From Halocafeteria seosinensis (taxonomy: Eukaryota): a stretch of 28,016 bases of DNA. Within the stretch, counting starts at the first letter, position 1. Every line of letters starts with the position of its first letter. This document shows positions 22,903-28,016 of the stretch, piece after piece. The stretch spans positions 124,001-152,016 of the forward strand of contig LVLI01000281.1 in the NCBI GenBank assembly GCA_001687465.1, read 5' to 3'. The notes under the pieces are model-generated. The model was not told where the DNA came from and searched no databases. It saw only the letters and a list, made by a program, of their open reading frames with translations. A program made the position numbers and the translations under genes.

Positions 22903-25380
22903 CCTTGTTTGGCTGTGCGACGGCGATGACGATGACGATGGAGTGGTACTCGCAGAGGAGGATGAGCTGCTTGAAGGAGTCTCCGACCTTGTCGGTGTCG
23001 CTGATGGCGTCGACGTCGGTGAGGGAGTAGGAGATGGCGGTGGTAATTGAAAGCGTAGAATTGGTAATAGATTCCCCTCATCGTCGTCACTTTCTCGTCT
23101 ATCGAAAGCCCATACGTCCTCAGACCATCCTCCCGGCTGATATAGTTGTCCCTGTATATCGGTCAACTTATCTGAATTGGCTGTCTCGACGAGATTAGTT
23201 CCATCATCCACTCCTACGATCGACGCTGCTCCTTCATTGCCATTGTATACCGAATATTTCACGTGGATTTTACCACTTGCTTCGCTTAATATAGATCCTA
23301 TGATACCGCCAGCATGCGTCCCATTGACTGTACCTGATGCGTACGTATTGATGATGTATACATAACCTGTGGCAACCCCTGATTCTCCTCCTGTCTGGTA
23401 TCCTGTAATACCTCCTGCTTTTTCACCACCAATATCTCCTTGCGTATAACAATCTATGATATGTACTTCACCCCCATTCTCTGCTATATCACGCCCACTA
23501 ATCCCTCCACTATAATCTGCAGATATTTGTCCCATACTATAACATTCCTTGATATAAACAAATCCACTGTCAAGACCAGCTTGAGGACCCACAATACCAC
23601 CAGCGTATTCACCACTAGGAATGATATCTCCTGTGGAATTGGAATAGGAACGAGTTATATACACTTGACCATTCGTATCACCAGCAGCACTTCCACAAAT
23701 ACCACCTGCTTGTTGTCCTTCGATAGTCCCAGTGGAATAACAATCCGTGATATTGACAATCCCATTGTTGTATCCTACTCTGTATCCTGTTATACCGCCT
23801 GCATGCCAACCCAGTATCCTCCCTGTCGAATACGAATTCGATATCTTGATTTGACCATGATCAGTGCCACTTTGATCACCACTTATACCGCCACCATCTC
23901 CACGAGCAATATCTCCTGATGAGCTACATGAATCTATGATAAAGAATTTCTGTTCGTTTTGGACAATAAATCCACTCCTGCGTGCAGTTTTCCCATTCCT
24001 AACATCAAGATTCCGGATCAAGGGAGCTTGGTCAAACGATACAACATTACCCAGTATAGTAAACAATCCTTCAAAGTCTGTTATTCCGTTCAGATCTATG
24101 ATGTTCCCATTTTGCCGACCACCGTCAAATATCTCATTCGCATCCAACGAGATGTATTCTTGATTCGTATAGCCACGATCACCCCAAGCCAACACACTAC
24201 AGATCATTTCAAACTGGTGTTGAGCCGCATTATAATGAAAGCAGGATTCGTCACCATTTATAATTGCAGGTCGTAAATCTGTTGCTGATACTGCCTCGTT
24301 CAATAGAATGCAACCAAAAAACAATGACGCCAGCATAATCGTCGTCGTGAGTGACGAAATTTTACCACTCGTATTTTGCAGTCCGTAAGACAGAGACACT
24401 CTTCCATGCGCTAGCAGCTTTATTCTCATATCAAGGAATGGCCACGTCAGTTTCTTGATTCGAATTCTACATCTCAAGGGAGAAGCTTTTTCCAAGGTGT
24501 TGCTGGATGTTGCCGAAAAATCTTCATCTCCTGGAGTTGTAAGCTTCCAACTCAATGCTTGTAAAACGTGCACTGATACGATCAGCAGGCTCAATACAAC
24601 GAGCAGTGATGTCTCCTTTGGGAAAGTCAAGACGTAGAATCCATATATGTGTGTCATGTGATCACAAAAGCGAAATATCTCTCGGACACTTCGGAGTGGA
24701 TTCATATCGCTCGCTACAGTACTGGCAATCATGAAAGGAACACCGTCTTCTCGTCCGCTCTTAACCAGCTTGTTCCACCAACGAACATAGTCGGTCGTTG
24801 GCCAGTGAACTCTTGGACAGAAGTCATTTTTCACTTCGAGGTGTGCGTTCGTCTCAGATGATAGCAACCCATTGGAATGATCATTGAACTTCGTGTCACT
24901 AGTACTCTTCCGCACTACGTTAATCGCCGCAAGATACTTCATTACAACTGGATCTTCCGGGAGAGCTATACTTAGACACTGCAACCTTCTTCCCGTATTT
25001 CCAAGAAAGTAGTAGTCAAAAGAGAACATCTTGTGGACCCTTCCTCCTCGTGACCACGAGCCAAACTGAACCGGCGTCGGAAGACAATGGACATGGTTGC
25101 TACGAACCGAATAAGATGACAGCACGATACTAGCAGAGGAGGCAAAGCGACGCACCCTCTGACGAGATCCATGCACTAGGAAAGTATCACACTGAGAAGA
25201 GAATCCTGGCACGCGATGCGCTACCGATACGCATGGCTCACTGAGTTTGGGCCCGTCCGCTTGCTTTGGCTCCTTGTTAGATATCAAGTCAGGACGGACA
25301 GCAACGAAAGCAACCCCAATCAAAATCAGCGTCCATTGCAAGGTGAGCAAGGATGATATACGCTTTGTGGGTCGTGCCAT
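22426..25380 (-). CDS. Intronless secreted/surface protein with ~7 GLUG-like Gly-rich repeats and a Ser/Thr/Pro mucin-like tail
   Basis: 984-codon ORF. Repeats of ~31 aa have the consensus Ixx[CS]YSTGxIxGxxAGGIxG...GxVx (about 23240-23935). The S/T/P tail is ~190 aa. There are hydrophobic segments at the N-terminus, at ~aa 260 and at ~aa 350 (signal-peptide-like after the ATG at 24336). Confidence 0.8.
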   Translation of the reverse strand: MARPTKRISSLLTLQWTLILIGVAFVAVRPDLISNKEPKQADGPKLSEPCVSVAHRVPGFSSQCDTFLVHGSRQRVRRFASSASIVLSSYSVRSNHVHCLPTPVQFGSWSRGGRVHKMFSFDYYFLGNTGRRLQCLSIALPEDPVVMKYLAAINVVRKSTSDTKFNDHSNGLLSSETNAHLEVKNDFCPRVHWPTTDYVRWWNKLVKSGREDGVPFMIASTVASDMNPLRSVREIFRFCDHMTHIYGFYVLTFPKETSLLVVLSLLIVSVHVLQALSWKLTTPGDEDFSATSSNTLEKASPLRCRIRIKKLTWPFLDMRIKLLAHGRVSLSYGLQNTSGKISSLTTTIMLASLFFGCILLNEAVSATDLRPAIINGDESCFHYNAAQHQFEMICSVLAWGDRGYTNQEYISLDANEIFDGGRQNGNIIDLNGITDFEGLFTILGNVVSFDQAPLIRNLDVRNGKTARRSGFIVQNEQKFFIIDSCSSSGDIARGDGGGISGDQSGTDHGQIKISNSYSTGRILGWHAGGITGYRVGYNNGIVNITDCYSTGTIEGQQAGGICGSAAGDTNGQVYITRSYSNSTGDIIPSGEYAGGIVGPQAGLDSGFVYIKECYSMGQISADYSGGISGRDIAENGGEVHIIDCYTQGDIGGEKAGGITGYQTGGESGVATGYVYIINTYASGTVNGTHAGGIIGSILSEASGKIHVKYSVYNGNEGAASIVGVDDGTNLVETANSDKLTDIQGQLYQPGGWSEDVWAFDRRESDDDEGNLLPILRFQLPPPSPTPSPTSTPSATPTRSETPSSSSSSSASTTPSSSSSPSHSQTRTPTGTASPTPTLTPTQSSTTTTRSETPSSSSSSSASTTPSSSSSSSHSQTRTPTGTASPTPTLTPTQSSTLTSTATRSESPSSTTSASLTWTSTSSASFSTTSSPIMTGTSSSSSTPTRSSIPTPSETSSASVTGKPNEHTDGVIVLAAHRSKRTVKG
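22694..22994. repeat. 153-bp (51-aa) near-perfect in-frame tandem duplication in the mucin tail
   Basis: TRSETPSSSSSSSASTTPSSSSS[P/S]SHSQTRTPTGTASPTPTLTPTQSST occurs twice; the units start at 22694 and 22847. Confidence 0.95.
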
Positions 25381-25674
25381 GGTTACAGTATTAGCTTGAG
25401 AAAAGGCGAGGAATCACGCGCTACTTTTCTTCGTTCATTCTGCCTCTAGTAGTAGTTGTCCAACACCTTGGTGGTTTCCCTACGGCTATGGGAAAAAAGA
25501 ACCCTGTTTAACTAACGAGCACTTGTTCCGGTTCCAGTTTATCCGTCAATACTGTACTCTACACTACTTCTGTCTACAACGTAGTGTCCAGAAAGCGCTG
25601 TAGCGCACGAGCGGAAAATATCCGCAGCGTCTCGGCGGGGCGGGNCACCGGAAGCCCGACTTGTTCAGCAGAGT

Positions 25675-26151
25675 ACTCCAACTGGAACGGCAAGCCCCAC
25701 GCCAACTTTGACACCAACCCAAAGTTCAACGACAACGACAAGGTCGGAGACTCCTTCAAGCAGCTCATCCTCCTCTGCGAGTACCACTCCATCGTCATCG
25801 TCATCGTCGTCGCACAGCCAAACAAGGACTCCAACTGGAACGGTAAGCCCCACGCCAACTTTGACACCAACCCAAAGTTCCACTCTCACGTCGACGGCCA
25901 CGAGATCGGAGAGCCCGTCAAGTACTACAAGTGCCAGCCTAACTTGGACATTTACTAGCTCGGCTTCATTTTCTACCACTAGTTCTCCGATTATGACAGG
26001 GACGTCATCGTCGAGCTCGACTCCAACACGAAGCTCTATACCGACACCTTCTGAAACAAGTAGTGCTTCGGTTACGGGTAAACCAAACGAACATACTGAC
26101 GGGGTCATTGTACTGGCTGCTCAAAGATCCAAGCGCACAGTAAAAGGCTGA
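25675..26151 (+). pseudogene. 5'-truncated, frame-intact copy of the mucin tail of the 984-aa gene
   Basis: Encodes TPTGTASPTPTL...VLAAQRSKRTVKG*. It differs from the full gene's tail by A>V, S>F and H>Q plus silent changes. No ATG or GLUG domain lies upstream in this assembly. Confidence 0.7.
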
Positions 26152-28016
26152 AGATGTTTGCCAAAGCATTTCAAGGCATGAATCAAGAGTAATGTTGAGG
26201 CGTAGCCCAATATAGTTAATGAGTGATATTTTATGCAGTAGTGGGACTCGAAACTTAACCGGCTTAAATTTAGCATGCCCCCACCAACAACGGGTTTTTC
26301 CTACATGAGTTCATCCGCACTTAGCCTTTCAACTTATCGGGGAAGCTCGGCTTCGTAAGAATCAGTAGTTGCAGACTGTGGCATTCAGCCATCCCTTTAT
26401 CCACGGTATACTTTTGGACTGATAGAAATAATTTTGCGGAGTATGAATCCACGGAAGACACGCTAATTGTACAGATGTCGCCTCATCCTCGAGAAACACT
26501 ACCAGTAGGTCCAACTCCCTTATCACTTACCCCGAATGAATGGACGATGATGCGGCATCGGTGACTTAGTAGCAGTAACAATGGCGACATCTGTAGCAGC
26601 AACGATGAAAGCGTTTCTTTCTGCTAGCCTAGCACTTCCCGACAGAATGACCACTCTAACGGTTTGGCGAGCGGCGCTGCTTACATCTCTAGTTGCTAAT
26701 AGTAACAAGGCGACATCTGTAGTAGCAACGATGAAAGTTTTGCTAGCCTAGGCTAGCACTTTCCGAAATGACGATCACTCTAACGGTTCGGCGAGCGGCG
26801 TTGCTTACATCTTTGGTTGCTAGGACGGAAATAGGCAGGCCGTCAGCCAGTGCTCACAAGTCATCGTCGGAAAAATCGGCGTCATTGTTCCTTACAAATA
26901 GCATAATTAGGTGATGCAATTAAAGTGGTTTCTTTGCCTACGATACTTATCAAGTAGCACCCATGAGCATCATTTCCCGTTTTACGCAGTTCCAAAATCT
27001 TTAGATCCATCGTCTCCGGTCATCACGAGCAGCTCGCTTCCTTTGCCGTTTGAAAAGGGTATAAGTAGGTCGTCAAGAGGAGCAGTTCCATTTTCATGCA
27101 TAATAAAGCATTTGCTGGGGAGAAAAATTTGTCGCTCACAAGTACACGGCTCTTACTGCTTGCAGCCTGCAAGTTGCAGGCGTGTCTCTTCTCTTTAGCT
27201 TCTGATTGCAGCTCTTGTTGCCTCCGATGCTCTTGCATAAGGGAGTATCATACTGTATCTCTTCCTGTCGCTCTCCTGTTTGGCTGCGCCCGTTTCCGGT
27301 GTGCGCATTGAGTCTCCGATGAGGACGGTGGCGATTGTTTCAGCTTTCCGTGGCCTCAAGTAATTCAGTCCAAATAGGTATAGTACGTAACTGACGAGGC
27401 GAAATTCACACTGCGACATTTGCCAACAAGGAGCCACTCGCATCGCTGCGTCAAAGTTCTAAACAATGGTTTGGGACGAGAGATATGAGCTGATGGTTTC
27501 CGCCGTGAGATGCATTAAGCCGACGGCTTCCCATTATTGCAATACTGCCGAACGGAAATTTTATGTCCAAGGAAGGCATCGGTAGCGCCAAACCTTCCAA
27601 TTCTCGTTATCACGGGAAAGGCTAAACGAGCAGATAGAATCATACTCAGAGAACAGAAGACGTATTGTGAATTGTTGCACAACGACGACGAAATGGTGCC
27701 TACCGCGTTATGGAGCATCGTTAGATAGGACCTTATAGGATTCTTGCCTTCCGAAAAGAGATAGAATGGTAGCTGACAAACTCGGGATCAGAAAGGGTGA
27801 AGGAACTTCTGGGTATTAGAGACAGAGCGTTGATCCGCAACCTGATATTTCACAAAGTATACGGAGGCAATCAAAGTAGCTGAGGAAGTACCACTGTAAG
27901 TCTGGGTAGTAGCCCAACTCATGGAGTCATGCTACACGATTGGTCAAGTTGCCTCAGGAAGAGGGTACAGAAGACGAAAAGAAGATACATAGAAACAAAC
28001 AGCAGTTGTATGAAGG
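25675..28016. repeat. Right arm of the inverted duplication (runs to the window end)
   Basis: Reverse complement of 20591..22902, with roughly 30 substitutions counted by eye and indels of +19, -3 and +14 bp. These account exactly for 2342 versus 2312 bp. Confidence 0.97.

Noticed and set aside
21773..22994. Repeats as a CRISPR array
   Set aside because: Only two long units in each repeat, no repeat-spacer pattern, no cas genes, and a eukaryotic context.
22469..23050. 193-aa V/G/D/E-rich ORF on the + strand (and its mirror at 25665..26108)
   Set aside because: Antisense shadow of Ser/Thr/Pro codons in the mucin tail.
20591..28016. Inverted arms as transposon TIRs or a simple amplification fold-back
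   Set aside because: There is no transposase or integrase in the spacer and the arms include gene 3' sequence. About 30 substitutions and 3 indels do not fit a same-molecule fold-back, although a haplotype mis-join remains possible.

Overview
Gene-dense genomic DNA from a eukaryotic microbe, read with the standard code. I traced 20 short GT-AG introns by eye, all 61-78 nt and all ending in CAG. A stramenopile-like protist is my guess, not a demonstrated assignment. Genes in order: 5' part of an acyl-CoA-binding protein; an uncharacterised coiled-coil protein; CSB/ERCC6/Rad26 SNF2 ATPase; an FMC1-like LYR protein, head-to-head with a YAT1-type carnitine O-acyltransferase; an intronless WD40-like protein; two tandem TMBIM/Lifeguard (Bax-inhibitor-1 family) paralogues. 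The last ~8 kb is accessory-like. It holds an intronless 984-aa ORF with about seven GLUG-like Gly-rich repeats and a Ser/Thr/Pro mucin tail. Its upstream region and 5' ~85% lie between the arms of a >=2.3-kb, ~98.5%-identical inverted duplication. The right arm carries a second, promoterless copy of the tail and two indels that look locally templated. No rRNA, tRNA, CRISPR or intact transposon was recognised.
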